This document shows positions 1-10,243 of a stretch of DNA of 64,000 bases, piece after piece. The notes below the pieces were generated by a model, which ran no database searches, was not told the DNA's origin, and worked only from the letters and a program-made list of their open reading frames with translations. Source of the stretch: Bacillota bacterium (GTDB lineage: Bacteria; Bacillota_I; Bacilli_A; RF39; UBA660); the NCBI GenBank assembly GCA_023460995.1, contig JAEWOE010000006.1, forward strand, positions 774,927-838,926. The letters are read 5' to 3'. A program made the translations under genes and the position numbers. Position 1 is the first letter of the stretch. Each line of letters opens with the position of its first letter.

Positions 1-2028
1 TCAATGGTTTATACGACAAATGATAGTTATTGTGCTGTAAAGACAGCATCAGATGATGAAGTAGTTGTTGGAAAAATTAAAGATGGAAATTGTAGTGTTG
101 TTATGAAAAATGATAGTTATTGCACAAGTGATTCTAATCCAGGTGTATTAAGTGGGACAGGTATAGAGGCAGATCCATATTTAATTGATAGTATTGAAGA
201 TTTAGTTTCACTTGTTGGATTAGTTGATAGCGATGCTAACAATTATGCAACTAAATTCGTTAAACTAAATAATAATTTAGATTTTAAAAATAGTTGTTCA
301 TATGTTGATGAAAATAATATAACATATGGAGATATAAATGGTGACGGCGAAGTAAATGGTTTAATGACAGAGTTGACGACTAAAGCAGGTTTTTTACCAA
401 TTGGTCATAGAAATGAATATCTTGGTAATAGTTACACTGAATTTTCCGGAAGTTTTGATGGCGGGAATCATTACATATCAAATCTATACATAAATAGACC
501 AACACAAAGCGGTATAGGGCTATTTGGAACTATTTATTCATATGGTATATCCCAACAATTTAAAAATATAAATATAATTAATTCAAAAGTTACAGGTTCA
601 AGTCAAGCATCAATACTAGTTGGTGCATCAAATGGATCAAATAATTCACTAAAATTTGATAATGTTTATATTGCAGGTGATGTTGAAGGAACAGGTTATA
701 ATTCACTTGTTTTAGGTTATGTATACCCAAATGCGGTTATGGAAACTTATGTTTTTTCAAATATAGTCACAGTAGGTTCTGTGACAAGTAATCCTGAATC
801 TCCTGGTGTATATACAGCCGGCGTGTTTGGTAGTACATATCCCCAAAGAAGTATATATAAAAATATTAAAAACTATGCTAATGTAGACGGCTTCAATAAT
901 ACTGGCGGTATATTTGGAAAAGTTGAATATGCCACAATAACTGATGTTTATAATTATGGTAATATTACAGATAAAGGTGAGGATACTAGTACAGGTGGCA
1001 TTATTGGATATACAAATGGTTATGATTTAGTAATGCAAAATGCTTATAATTACGGAACAATAAAAGGGAATAATGCAGTAGGTGGTATAGTTGGATCAGG
1101 TGGAACTCCAATAGAACTTAAAAACTTAGTCAATTATGGGGATATAATATATACTTCTTTTGGAAATAATTCTCACTCCCAATATTTTGGCGGTATAGCT
1201 GGCTTTGTGCGCAAAACAACTCTTACAAATGCAATTAATCATGGTGATATATATGGAGTAAATAGAACAGGCGGAATAATTGGTAGTAGTACTTCAGTAG
1301 TTGCTAAGGATTTGTCTAATTATGGCAATGTTTATGGTCAATATGCAATAGGTGGTATAGCGGGAGAAGCATTTATTTCTGGTACTGATACACAAAGTAT
1401 ATCTAATGCTTTAAATCAAGGGGATATAAAAGTCAAATCATTTGAAGATGGATATACTTTTAAAAGTAATGCACTAGCGGGTGGAATAGTTGGCTATACC
1501 GGTGATATAACTATAACTAGCGCTTATTCAAATGGTAATATAAGTGTTGAAAGTAATAATGGTTATTGGAGTTTTATAGGCGGAATAGTGGGTAGAGTTG
1601 ATTCTTATACCTCTCCAGTATCTATAATAAATGCTTATTCTAATACTAATATTGATGTTAAAAACAATTATGAGTCAGCAAGTAATGGGTTTTTTGGAGG
1701 TATAGTTGGATATGGTTATTCTCCAAGTATTCTTACAAATGTTTATTATGTTGGTAACGTTACAACAAATTTAACTACTAAAACAGTAGGAACAATTATA
1801 GCAAGTGGTGATAAGACAATTACAAATGCTTATTATAATAATGAGAATATTGCTAATTTCAATGTTATTGAAGGAGTAGCAGTTAATAATTCATCAGTAA
1901 ATACTTCTTGGTTTAAAGATACATTATCTTTAGGCAGTGCATTTGATTATAGTAATGGAATTTACCCAAGATTATATTCATTTGGTACTACTACTTTAAT
2001 ACCAAATCAAAAAGAGATTGATTTATAA
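1..2028 (+). CDS. Modular pilin-like GLUG-repeat surface protein, 5'-truncated by the window edge; paralogue of 2127..4784
   Basis: The ORF runs in frame from base 1. It aligns to residues ~210-885 of the downstream paralogue. It has many ~20-aa NYG-x-V-x-G-x5-GGI(I/V)G repeats (GLUG-like). The last 40 aa are identical to those of 2127..4784. Confidence 0.75.
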   Translation, partial: SMVYTTNDSYCAVKTASDDEVVVGKIKDGNCSVVMKNDSYCTSDSNPGVLSGTGIEADPYLIDSIEDLVSLVGLVDSDANNYATKFVKLNNNLDFKNSCSYVDENNITYGDINGDGEVNGLMTELTTKAGFLPIGHRNEYLGNSYTEFSGSFDGGNHYISNLYINRPTQSGIGLFGTIYSYGISQQFKNINIINSKVTGSSQASILVGASNGSNNSLKFDNVYIAGDVEGTGYNSLVLGYVYPNAVMETYVFSNIVTVGSVTSNPESPGVYTAGVFGSTYPQRSIYKNIKNYANVDGFNNTGGIFGKVEYATITDVYNYGNITDKGEDTSTGGIIGYTNGYDLVMQNAYNYGTIKGNNAVGGIVGSGGTPIELKNLVNYGDIIYTSFGNNSHSQYFGGIAGFVRKTTLTNAINHGDIYGVNRTGGIIGSSTSVVAKDLSNYGNVYGQYAIGGIAGEAFISGTDTQSISNALNQGDIKVKSFEDGYTFKSNALAGGIVGYTGDITITSAYSNGNISVESNNGYWSFIGGIVGRVDSYTSPVSIINAYSNTNIDVKNNYESASNGFFGGIVGYGYSPSILTNVYYVGNVTTNLTTKTVGTIIASGDKTITNAYYNNENIANFNVIEGVAVNNSSVNTSWFKDTLSLGSAFDYSNGIYPRLYSFGTTTLIPNQKEIDL

Positions 2029-2030
2029 AA

Positions 2031-2057
2031 GAGAATTTTATTCTCTTTTTTTAAAAT
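2031..2057 (+). terminator. Rho-independent terminator (AGAGAAT-TTTA-TTCTCT plus T-run); identical copy at 4787..4813
   Basis: Inverted repeat followed by a T-tract immediately after the stop codon. Confidence 0.7.
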
Positions 2058-2126
2058 TGTGTTATACTTATTTTAGTAGAAAAATAAGTAGTAAGTGTTA
2101 GAAGTAGGAAAGAGGTTTTTTGTTTT

Positions 2127-4784
2127 ATGAAAGAAAGAGGTTTTACACTTATCGAGTTATTAGCAGTTATATTAATATTAGGAATAATAGCATTAATCGC
2201 CATTCCAGCAGTTACAAAAATGGTTGAAGAGTCGAGAATAAAGGCATTTAAGGAAACAAATCAAAATATTGCGTCAGTGGTTGAAGGAGAATGTTCTACA
2301 GCACAGTTAAAAGGTACGGGAACAACAGCGGGATATACTTTTAATGAAGAAGGTGCATCCGGTGACATAGGTGTTAAAGGTAAACTTCCAACTGGTGGTT
2401 CTGTATCCACGGATAATTCATGCAATTCAACTGTATACACTAATAATGACAAATATTGTGCTATAAAAACAGCTAATGATAACGAAATAACAGTCGGAAA
2501 ATATACTGATGGGAAGTGCAATATTACTATGAAAGATGACAGCTATTGTACGAGTGACTCTAATCCTGGTATTTTAAGTGGAACAGGCACAGAAATAGAT
2601 CCATATTCAATAGAAAGTATTGAAGATTTAGTTTCTCTTGTTGGATTAGTTGATAATGATGCTGCAAAGTTCGCTAACAAGTATGTTAAATTAAATAGTA
2701 ATTTAGATTTTAAAAATACTTGTTCGTATGTTGATACTAATTCGAAAGAATATGGAGATGTTAATAGTGATGGAGAAATATCAGGATTAATGGAAGAACT
2801 AACAACAGATTCAGGATTCATGCCTATAGGTCACAAAATGGAATATATGGGTAAAAGTTATTCTGAATATAGAGGTAATTTTGATGGTGGAAATCACTAT
2901 ATATCAAATTTGTATATAAATAGATCAGAAGAAAGTGTTATAGGATTATTTGGAAGTCTCTATTCATATGATTTTCCACAAGAATTTAAAAATATTAATA
3001 TTATAAACAGTGATGTTGTTGGAAAATCTTATACATCATTATTATTTGGCCAAGTTCAAGTTTATAATTCAATAATAATGAACAATATCCATACTATTGG
3101 TAATGTTACAGGCACATCTGATTCTGGCCTTGTTTCTGGTAGTGTATCATTATCCTATTTAGCTTCAGCAGAAGTCTCAAACATCACTTCTGCGGGATCG
3201 GTTAATGGTACAAATGGTTATATAGGTGGAACTTTTGGTGAAGTCAGTTATGGTAATTATAAAAATATTACTAATTACGCCCTAGTGCATGGAAATAATT
3301 ACTCTGGCGGAGTTTTTGGCAAGTTTGCTTTTGCTTCTTTAACCGGTGCGAAAAATTATGGAAAAGTAAATGATTTGCATGATTACAATCCTTCTCTAAC
3401 AAAATACTCTATTGGCGGTGTAATAGGATATTCATCTAGTGCTATTAGTGTTTCTGATGCATACAATTATGCAGATGTCATTGGGGTTTCAAATTTAGGT
3501 GGTATAATAGGAAATGCTCAAGATTACGAAACAACAAAATATAATAATTTATACAATTACGGAGACATTAGTTATCCAATTTATGGAGATTTTGACAATA
3601 TGAATTATATTAGTCAGCTTGGTGGTATTATTGGTAATGCCAACAATGGAACTATAACTAATACTTACAATTATGGCGATGTAACTGGATGGTCCAGGAC
3701 CGGCGGATTAGTAGGTAGTATAAGTAGTAGTGTATTATTAACTAATTTATCCAATTACGGAAAAGTAATTGGAGAACAATATATTGGAGGAATTGCTGGG
3801 GAGACTTATAATAAAACGGTCTCAAATTTATCTAATTACGGTGATGTTGTAGGAAAGAAGTTTGTAGGTGGAATAATTGGTAGTGGTTCACCATCAACTT
3901 TTGATAATTTAGTTAATCGTGGTGATGTAAAAAGTAGTAATTTTGGGCAGGATGATTCTAGTCAACTTGATATTGGGGGAATAATAGGTCAAACAAGTAG
4001 TAGTGTTCTTGTTAACGGAAATAATGCCTATAATTATGGAGATGTGTATGGTTATTATGATACTGGAGGCATAATTGGTTTTGCAGGTAAAGTAACAGGT
4101 ACGAACTTTGCAAATTACGGCAAAGTATATGGCCAATATCAAACCGGGGGATTAATTGGAGAGACTTCGACACTTAATCTAACTAACATTTTAAATCAAG
4201 GAGACTTAGAAATAACATCTTTTGAAAGTAGTTCATATAATCCATTAGGTGGCGGTATGGTTGGCAGTGGTTACAGTGTAATTTTAACAAACGGTTATTC
4301 AATCGGAAATATTGACGTTGAAAGTAATAATGGTTATTGGGCTAGAGTAGGCGGAGCCTTAGGAGAGGTAACTACGGCTCAACTCAATAACATCCATGTT
4401 GAAAGCGATATATCGGTTAATAATAATTCATCAGAGCAAAGTGGTTATATAGGTGGAGTTATTGCTAATAGTAATTCAACAAGTGCACTTACCAATATCT
4501 ATTATAAAGGAAAAATAACAACGAACCTTTCTGCACCATATGCAGGAACGATAGTGGCTGATTCAAATGCGACACAAACTAATGTATTTTACAATAATGC
4601 AAACCAAGCAAGTTTTAATGTCATAACTGGAACAGCAATAAGTAATAGTACAATTAATTCTAATTGGTTTAAAGATACATTATCTTTAGGCAGTGCATTT
4701 GATTATAGTAATGGAATATATCCAAGATTATATTCATTTGGCACTACTACTTTAATACCAAATCAAAAAGAGATTGATTTATAA
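2127..4784 (+). CDS. Type IV prepilin-like N-terminus fused to a GLUG-repeat (beta-helix-like) adhesin body, 885 aa
   Basis: N-terminus MKERGFTLIELLAVILILGIIALIAIPAV carries the class III signal and methylation motif. A conserved ~120-aa pilin head with Cys pairs follows. Roughly 25 GGIxG/NYGxV repeats follow that. The C-terminal tail NWFKDTLSLGSAFDYSNGIYPRLYSFGTTTLIPNQKEIDL is shared. Confidence 0.8.
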   Translation: MKERGFTLIELLAVILILGIIALIAIPAVTKMVEESRIKAFKETNQNIASVVEGECSTAQLKGTGTTAGYTFNEEGASGDIGVKGKLPTGGSVSTDNSCNSTVYTNNDKYCAIKTANDNEITVGKYTDGKCNITMKDDSYCTSDSNPGILSGTGTEIDPYSIESIEDLVSLVGLVDNDAAKFANKYVKLNSNLDFKNTCSYVDTNSKEYGDVNSDGEISGLMEELTTDSGFMPIGHKMEYMGKSYSEYRGNFDGGNHYISNLYINRSEESVIGLFGSLYSYDFPQEFKNINIINSDVVGKSYTSLLFGQVQVYNSIIMNNIHTIGNVTGTSDSGLVSGSVSLSYLASAEVSNITSAGSVNGTNGYIGGTFGEVSYGNYKNITNYALVHGNNYSGGVFGKFAFASLTGAKNYGKVNDLHDYNPSLTKYSIGGVIGYSSSAISVSDAYNYADVIGVSNLGGIIGNAQDYETTKYNNLYNYGDISYPIYGDFDNMNYISQLGGIIGNANNGTITNTYNYGDVTGWSRTGGLVGSISSSVLLTNLSNYGKVIGEQYIGGIAGETYNKTVSNLSNYGDVVGKKFVGGIIGSGSPSTFDNLVNRGDVKSSNFGQDDSSQLDIGGIIGQTSSSVLVNGNNAYNYGDVYGYYDTGGIIGFAGKVTGTNFANYGKVYGQYQTGGLIGETSTLNLTNILNQGDLEITSFESSSYNPLGGGMVGSGYSVILTNGYSIGNIDVESNNGYWARVGGALGEVTTAQLNNIHVESDISVNNNSSEQSGYIGGVIANSNSTSALTNIYYKGKITTNLSAPYAGTIVADSNATQTNVFYNNANQASFNVITGTAISNSTINSNWFKDTLSLGSAFDYSNGIYPRLYSFGTTTLIPNQKEIDL

Positions 4785-4786
4785 AA

Positions 4787-4813
4787 GAGAATTTTATTCT
4801 CTTTTTTTAGATA
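4787..4813 (+). terminator. Rho-independent terminator (copy of 2031..2057)
   Basis: Same hairpin plus T-run. Confidence 0.7.
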
Positions 4814-4844
4814 TTGTGTTAAAATGATGATAGGTGATTGTATT

Positions 4845-5234
4845 ATGGCATATATAAAATATAAAGAACTTACGAAATATTTTAATTTTAATAAGCGTTT
4901 AGAAATAGAAGGACTACCAAAATACGTTTTAGATTATGTAGATAGCGATGAGAAAGTAATCGCAGCATATAAAACTTCAAGAGATAAATCTATTTTTACA
5001 GATAAGAGAATGATTCTTTTTGATGTGACTCCATTTACAAAGAAAAAAAAGATTCATATTCTTCCATATAAATCAATTGATACAGCTGCTATAGAGTATA
5101 ATATAGGAGCAGCAGCTCTTCTTATATCTTTTACAAGTGGTTACCAACTACGCCTTAATTTTGTAAGAATGAGCGCTAATGATAAGTCAGAATTAAGAAT
5201 ATTGTTTTCAAGAATAATGAAAGAACAAAAATAG
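4845..5234 (+). CDS. Small bacterial PH-domain-like protein (hypothetical)
   Basis: ORF; an AGGTGA RBS sits 9 nt before the internal ATG at 4845; size and pattern resemble bPH/YokE-like proteins. Confidence 0.45.
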   Translation: MAYIKYKELTKYFNFNKRLEIEGLPKYVLDYVDSDEKVIAAYKTSRDKSIFTDKRMILFDVTPFTKKKKIHILPYKSIDTAAIEYNIGAAALLISFTSGYQLRLNFVRMSANDKSELRILFSRIMKEQK

Positions 5235-5310
5235 TAATAAAATTGGTCTTTTTTCTTTAATTTTTATATCCTTTTATGGTAAAATGGAAATAGTTAGGGG
5301 AGATGATATT

Positions 5311-6594
5311 ATGAGTAAATTTAGCTTAATGCCACTAGATACTTTTAATGTCATCAACTACGCATACTTAAATGATAGTGACCGTAAGTTACTTATAATG
5401 TTATATCAACCTATTGTAGGAGCTATTGGTATAAACTTATATTTAAATTTATGGACTTTTTTGGATAAAGAAATAGTATTGTCTGAAACAAATAATCATA
5501 ATATGTTACTTAATATAATGGGGGTTACATTAGGTGAAATAGGTGAAGCTAGAGAGAAATTAGAAGGAATTGGACTTGTTAAAACATATTTAAAAGAAGG
5601 AGAAATAAACAATTATATATATGAATTATACTCTCCGCTTTCAGCATATGATTTTTACAGCAATCCACTTTTAAGTAGTCTCTTATATACTAGTTTAGGT
5701 AGTGTTAATTATAAAAAAACAAAAGAATATTTTAAAGTTCCTCGCATTAATTTAAAAGATTATAATAATATAACAGAAAACTTTAGTGATGTATTTATAT
5801 CAGTTAGAATGATGGATACTGATTCTAGTGAAATAAGAAAAAAGAATTATGGAAAAGTAGGTATTAACTCTGACTTAGACGTTGATGAGATACTTAATAT
5901 GATTCCAGAATTAATAATTAATCATACTAAAGTATCTGAAGTTATAAAAGATTTAATTATAAAATTATCTTTTATATATGGATTTGATGCGGATACAACT
6001 ATTAATATAGTAAGAAATTCTTTAAATGATAAACACAATATAGATAAAGATAAACTTAGAACCAACTATAGAACATATTATCAGTTTGAAAACAATGGTA
6101 GTATGCCAAGTATAGTCTTTAAAACACAACCAGATAATTTAAAAAAAGAAATAACAGATGATTCAAAAAAATCAAAGATAATATATCAGTTTGAAAATAC
6201 CAATCCTTATAATTTTGTATGTGCTAAAAGTAAAACAACAAAACCAACAAAATCAGAAATGTCTGTACTTGAAATGTTACTTGTAGATATGAATATGAAG
6301 CCTGGTGTGGTCAATGTATTAATTGATTACGTTCTTAGAATTAACAGTAATAAATTATCTAAGAATTTTGTTGAGGCTATAGCGAGTCAGTGGAAGCGAA
6401 GTAATATAGAAACAGTTGAAGAAGCTATGGAAATATCTAAGCAAGAACACAAACAAAAAAGTACATTTACTCAAAAAAAGAGTAGTAGTATATTAAAAAC
6501 AGAAGAAAAACCAGAATGGTTTGATAAAGCAATTGAAGAAAAAGAAGATTTAGAAAAACAAAAAAAATTAGAAGAAATGTTAGGCAAAATGTAG
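5311..6594 (+). CDS. dnaB: DnaD-domain replication initiation and membrane attachment protein (B. subtilis DnaB-like)
   Basis: The position directly upstream of dnaI and then thrS matches the B. subtilis dnaB-dnaI-thrS order. A GGGGAG RBS precedes MSKFSL. The N-terminal DnaD-like region and K/E-rich C-terminus are present. Confidence 0.55.
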   Translation: MSKFSLMPLDTFNVINYAYLNDSDRKLLIMLYQPIVGAIGINLYLNLWTFLDKEIVLSETNNHNMLLNIMGVTLGEIGEAREKLEGIGLVKTYLKEGEINNYIYELYSPLSAYDFYSNPLLSSLLYTSLGSVNYKKTKEYFKVPRINLKDYNNITENFSDVFISVRMMDTDSSEIRKKNYGKVGINSDLDVDEILNMIPELIINHTKVSEVIKDLIIKLSFIYGFDADTTINIVRNSLNDKHNIDKDKLRTNYRTYYQFENNGSMPSIVFKTQPDNLKKEITDDSKKSKIIYQFENTNPYNFVCAKSKTTKPTKSEMSVLEMLLVDMNMKPGVVNVLIDYVLRINSNKLSKNFVEAIASQWKRSNIETVEEAMEISKQEHKQKSTFTQKKSSSILKTEEKPEWFDKAIEEKEDLEKQKKLEEMLGKM

Positions 6595-6602
6595 GTGATA
6601 AA

Positions 6603-7523
6603 ATGAATAACATTAAAGATGCAACAGTAGAAATGGGTTTAAATACTAATAATAAAAGAGTCTTAGAAAGAGAATTTGAAGCTTCACTTAAGGATGAAAG
6701 ATTCAAAACTTTAGTTAAGAAGATAAACTTGCCGGTTGAAACACTGATGAAGTATACATCACTTTTAGAAGAAAGTGCTTGTGAATATGATAATTGCCAA
6801 AATTGCAAGAATATTTTTGAATGTAAAAATAAATCAAAAGGTTATGCATATTTACCACGAGTAGAAAACGATAAACTTTTGTTTAAATTTAAAGCATGCA
6901 AGTATCAAGAAAAGATAATGAAAGATAATGCTTTTAAAAAGAATATTACATTATATCAAACACCAGATGGGATACTTGAAGCTGATATGAAAAAAATTAA
7001 TTTAAAAGATGCAGCTCGTTTTGATGCAATTGAATGGTTAACAAAATTTGTAAATAATTATCCTAATGTAACAAAAGGACTTTATTTAAATGGAAGTTTT
7101 GGTGCTGGAAAAAGTTATCTAATAACAGCTACATTCTGTGAACTTGCCAAAAAAGGCTACAAGAGTACTATTGTTTTTTGGCCTGAATTTTTAAGAGACT
7201 TAAAATCATACTTTGGTAATGATTTAGAATATAGAGCAATAATAAGTAAGATTAAAAATACACCACTTTTATTTATTGACGATATTGGTGCAGAAAATGT
7301 TACACCTTGGGGACGTGATGAAATATTAAATACAATACTTCAATACCGTATGGATAATAAAATGTGTACATTTTTTAGTTCGAATTTTGACTTAAATGAC
7401 TTAGAAAAACATTTAAGTTCTACTAGGGAAGGATATGAAATAGTTACAGCTCGACGAATAACCGAGCGCATAAAACAACTGACCGATAACATTCAGTTAA
7501 TAAGCAAAAATTTGAGAAGTTAG
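6603..7523 (+). CDS. dnaI: Primosomal helicase loader DnaI (IstB-like AAA+)
   Basis: Walker A GSFGAGKSYL; Walker B LLFIDDIGAE; N-terminal Cys-rich zinc region CEYDNCQNCKN. Confidence 0.75.
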   Translation: MNNIKDATVEMGLNTNNKRVLEREFEASLKDERFKTLVKKINLPVETLMKYTSLLEESACEYDNCQNCKNIFECKNKSKGYAYLPRVENDKLLFKFKACKYQEKIMKDNAFKKNITLYQTPDGILEADMKKINLKDAARFDAIEWLTKFVNNYPNVTKGLYLNGSFGAGKSYLITATFCELAKKGYKSTIVFWPEFLRDLKSYFGNDLEYRAIISKIKNTPLLFIDDIGAENVTPWGRDEILNTILQYRMDNKMCTFFSSNFDLNDLEKHLSSTREGYEIVTARRITERIKQLTDNIQLISKNLRS

Positions 7524-7544
7524 AAATTGCTAGGAGGATGTTTT

Positions 7545-9500
7545 ATGCAAAAAAATCAAGGTAATAGATTAAGAAATTTATTAAAAGAAAAAGGTACGAT
7601 GCCAATTGAAGATTTAAATAAAAAGTTGAACTGTTCAAGTGAAAGGACCAGGCAATTATTGCTTCAGTATTTATATGAGGAAATAGGGACTATTCATCCT
7701 GACCAAGTGATAGAAAAGTATATGTATTTATTTAAGATATTTAAGTATTTTGAAAATATAGATGATGAGCTTGAAAAGGAAAGAACGTTACAAAATTTAA
7801 ATGAAGCTGCTGCGTTATGTATAAAACGCATCAACAGGATCAAAAAAGAGAAAAATCGTACAAATATCGATCCAGCTATACTTAAAAAGTTTCTAGATAC
7901 AATTGATGTTACTATAATTAATTTAAAATATAAGGCAATAGCGAAAAGCACTAATTTACAAGCTAATGAAGTATCATATGAATTACTGAAATATTTAATA
8001 AATATTGTTCGTAATTATAATTACCTATTTGAACTTTTAAAATTATTTCCTAATAACTTAACATTAAAAAATAGGCAAGGTGTGTATTTAATAGATGAAC
8101 TTATAGAAAAATATATAGCTGCTGTTCAAAATAATGAATCTAAAATTGATATCATATATTATGAGAAAATAATTAAATTATTTGTTGAAGATCCAAAATT
8201 CAATATTGAGACAAATATAAAAAAGAAAATGGTTTCAAAATTAAACTGGACAATCAAAATTATTAATGAAAGTGATAAAAAAACTAGTGATAAAGATAAA
8301 GCAACATTTTTTATAAAAGAAGTAATAACTGATATTAAAAAAAATGAAGATGCGAATAGGAAAATTGAACATTTACAGTTTAAGTATGACATAAATCCAA
8401 ATTTTCCAGCAATAGTTCTAAAAGACTCAAAAAAGATGATAACGCTTGAAGATAAGAGTCAAATCATGGATTGCAGAGATAAATATACTGTTACAGTAGA
8501 TTGTGATGGTACATGGGCTTATGATGATGCTTGTTCTTTAGAAAGATTAGATAATGGGCATTATTTATTAGGGATTTATGTAGCCGATGTTACAATGGCA
8601 GTGCCAAGAAACAGTTTGGTTGATATAGAAGCTAAAAAAAGAGCAGAATCTGTTTATTCTGGCATGTACGTAATAACGATGTTACCATATGACTTAACTC
8701 TATCATTAACATTAAGAAAAGGTAATGATAGAAATGCCATAGGTTACTTCTTTGAACTTGATGATAATGCTAATTGTGTGAATTTTAGCGTTAGAAGATG
8801 TTTAATTAATGTAGATGATAATTATAGTTATGATAAAGTTAATTCAATGCTTACAGATTCTAAGAACATAGAAGAAATAAAAAACATCAAGGACATGTAT
8901 TATATATCTAGTAAATTTCATCAAAATAGTGATTTAAGAATGCAGTATCGAACTTTAAAGAAAATAAAGAAATCGATTGTTGGATCATGTTCTTTAAGTA
9001 AATCACCTGATTATGATATAGCGGCTATGATGATAGCTGATTTCATGACTCAAACTAATGCATTTGTAGCTGATTATTTCTATAAACATCCGGAAATACC
9101 ATTTATATATCGTATTAATTTAGCGAGTTATGGAAAAGATATTATTAAGAATATAACTGATATAAGTAAATCCGAAGTTTCTTTTGAAGAAATGCTTAAT
9201 TATATCAATTATATTTGTCCACCATCAACATATTCAGTTGTTAATTTAGGCCACAACGGTTTAGCTTTACCGGCGTATTGTCATGCTACCAATCCACTTA
9301 GAAATTATAGTTCATTAGAGAATGAAAGAATAATAATAGAGCATATGATTAATGATGGAAAAGATTGTGATTTAGATAAAAGTAAAGCATATTTAGAAAA
9401 AATGTGTCATTATATGAATAATCGAATAAGTTTAAATAATGACTATGTAGAAGAGGCAAAACAACTTTATAAAAAACGCGAAAGTGTTGACAAAAAATAA
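7545..9500 (+). CDS. RNB-domain (RNase II/R family) protein
   Basis: RNB signature TVDCDGTWAYDDACSLE...GIYVADVTMAVPRNSLVDIEAKKRAESVYSGMYVITMLP; AGGAGG RBS before ATG 7545. Confidence 0.55.
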   Translation: MQKNQGNRLRNLLKEKGTMPIEDLNKKLNCSSERTRQLLLQYLYEEIGTIHPDQVIEKYMYLFKIFKYFENIDDELEKERTLQNLNEAAALCIKRINRIKKEKNRTNIDPAILKKFLDTIDVTIINLKYKAIAKSTNLQANEVSYELLKYLINIVRNYNYLFELLKLFPNNLTLKNRQGVYLIDELIEKYIAAVQNNESKIDIIYYEKIIKLFVEDPKFNIETNIKKKMVSKLNWTIKIINESDKKTSDKDKATFFIKEVITDIKKNEDANRKIEHLQFKYDINPNFPAIVLKDSKKMITLEDKSQIMDCRDKYTVTVDCDGTWAYDDACSLERLDNGHYLLGIYVADVTMAVPRNSLVDIEAKKRAESVYSGMYVITMLPYDLTLSLTLRKGNDRNAIGYFFELDDNANCVNFSVRRCLINVDDNYSYDKVNSMLTDSKNIEEIKNIKDMYYISSKFHQNSDLRMQYRTLKKIKKSIVGSCSLSKSPDYDIAAMMIADFMTQTNAFVADYFYKHPEIPFIYRINLASYGKDIIKNITDISKSEVSFEEMLNYINYICPPSTYSVVNLGHNGLALPAYCHATNPLRNYSSLENERIIIEHMINDGKDCDLDKSKAYLEKMCHYMNNRISLNNDYVEEAKQLYKKRESVDKK

Positions 9501-9504
9501 AAAA

Positions 9505-9735
9505 GTGATACAATTAGTCATAAGGCAATGACTGAGACACGATTTATTTAAGAGTATCAAAGCAAACTAGGGATGATGGGAGCCTAGTATACAAATAAGT
9601 AAATTACTACTCATGAGCTGAACTCGAAAGAGATTTCCGGTAATACCGTTATCATAAATTAAGCTACAAGGTAGGATGGTACCGCGTTTATACGCTCCTT
9701 ACATATATAATTTTATATGTATGGAGTTTTTTTGT
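9505..9735 (+). promoter_or_regulatory. T-box riboswitch leader with terminator/antiterminator
   Basis: AGAGA box (gaaagagatttcc); T-box sequence GGATGGTACCGCG at ~9672..9686; terminator hairpin gctccttacatatat/atatgtatggag plus T7 at ~9693..9733; sits upstream of a thrS operon. Confidence 0.65.
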
Positions 9736-9752
9736 TGTAGGAGGTAGTATTT

Positions 9753-10241
9753 ATGCAACTAAAATCGATATCGCTTAATAAGTTTTTAAAATTATATCTA
9801 GGAATTGAAAACGAAGTATTAAAAAAGATGACACACAACGATGTGAAAATTTTATTGCCAGATCTATGTAGATGCTCATTTGAGTATGCTTATGAGAACT
9901 GTGAAATGATCCTAAAAGGTGATATTATTATTGTTTTTGATGCTAAAGGAATGATTGTTCCATATTTAAAACCAGATAAAAAAATGCAATATAATGTTGG
10001 ACTAATTTATGCTAATGAGACAAAAAGAGTTGGTAAAATAACCACCGACAAAGAGAATATAAAACTAAAGGAAATGTCTAATTATGAACTCAAATTATTA
10101 TTAAATGTTTCTAAAAATGGTTACGCTATTTCTAATAGTGCTAGAAAAGAACTTGAAGAAAGAGGTAAAATTAATTCAAAACAAAAAGTTAAAAAAAGAA
10201 TATGTAATAATTATTATTTAAGAAATTGTGAGGAGGAATAA
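9753..10241 (+). CDS. Hypothetical 162-aa protein encoded between the T-box leader and thrS
   Basis: Strong AGGAGG RBS; its stop overlaps the thrS RBS (GAGGAGG); no recognisable TGS fold. Confidence 0.5.
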   Translation: MQLKSISLNKFLKLYLGIENEVLKKMTHNDVKILLPDLCRCSFEYAYENCEMILKGDIIIVFDAKGMIVPYLKPDKKMQYNVGLIYANETKRVGKITTDKENIKLKEMSNYELKLLLNVSKNGYAISNSARKELEERGKINSKQKVKKRICNNYYLRNCEEE

Positions 10242-10243
10242 AA

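Noticed and set aside
2261-4142. Three short minus-strand ORFs inside the GLUG-repeat pilin gene
   Set aside because: They are embedded antisense in a long, motif-rich coding region and have no independent support.
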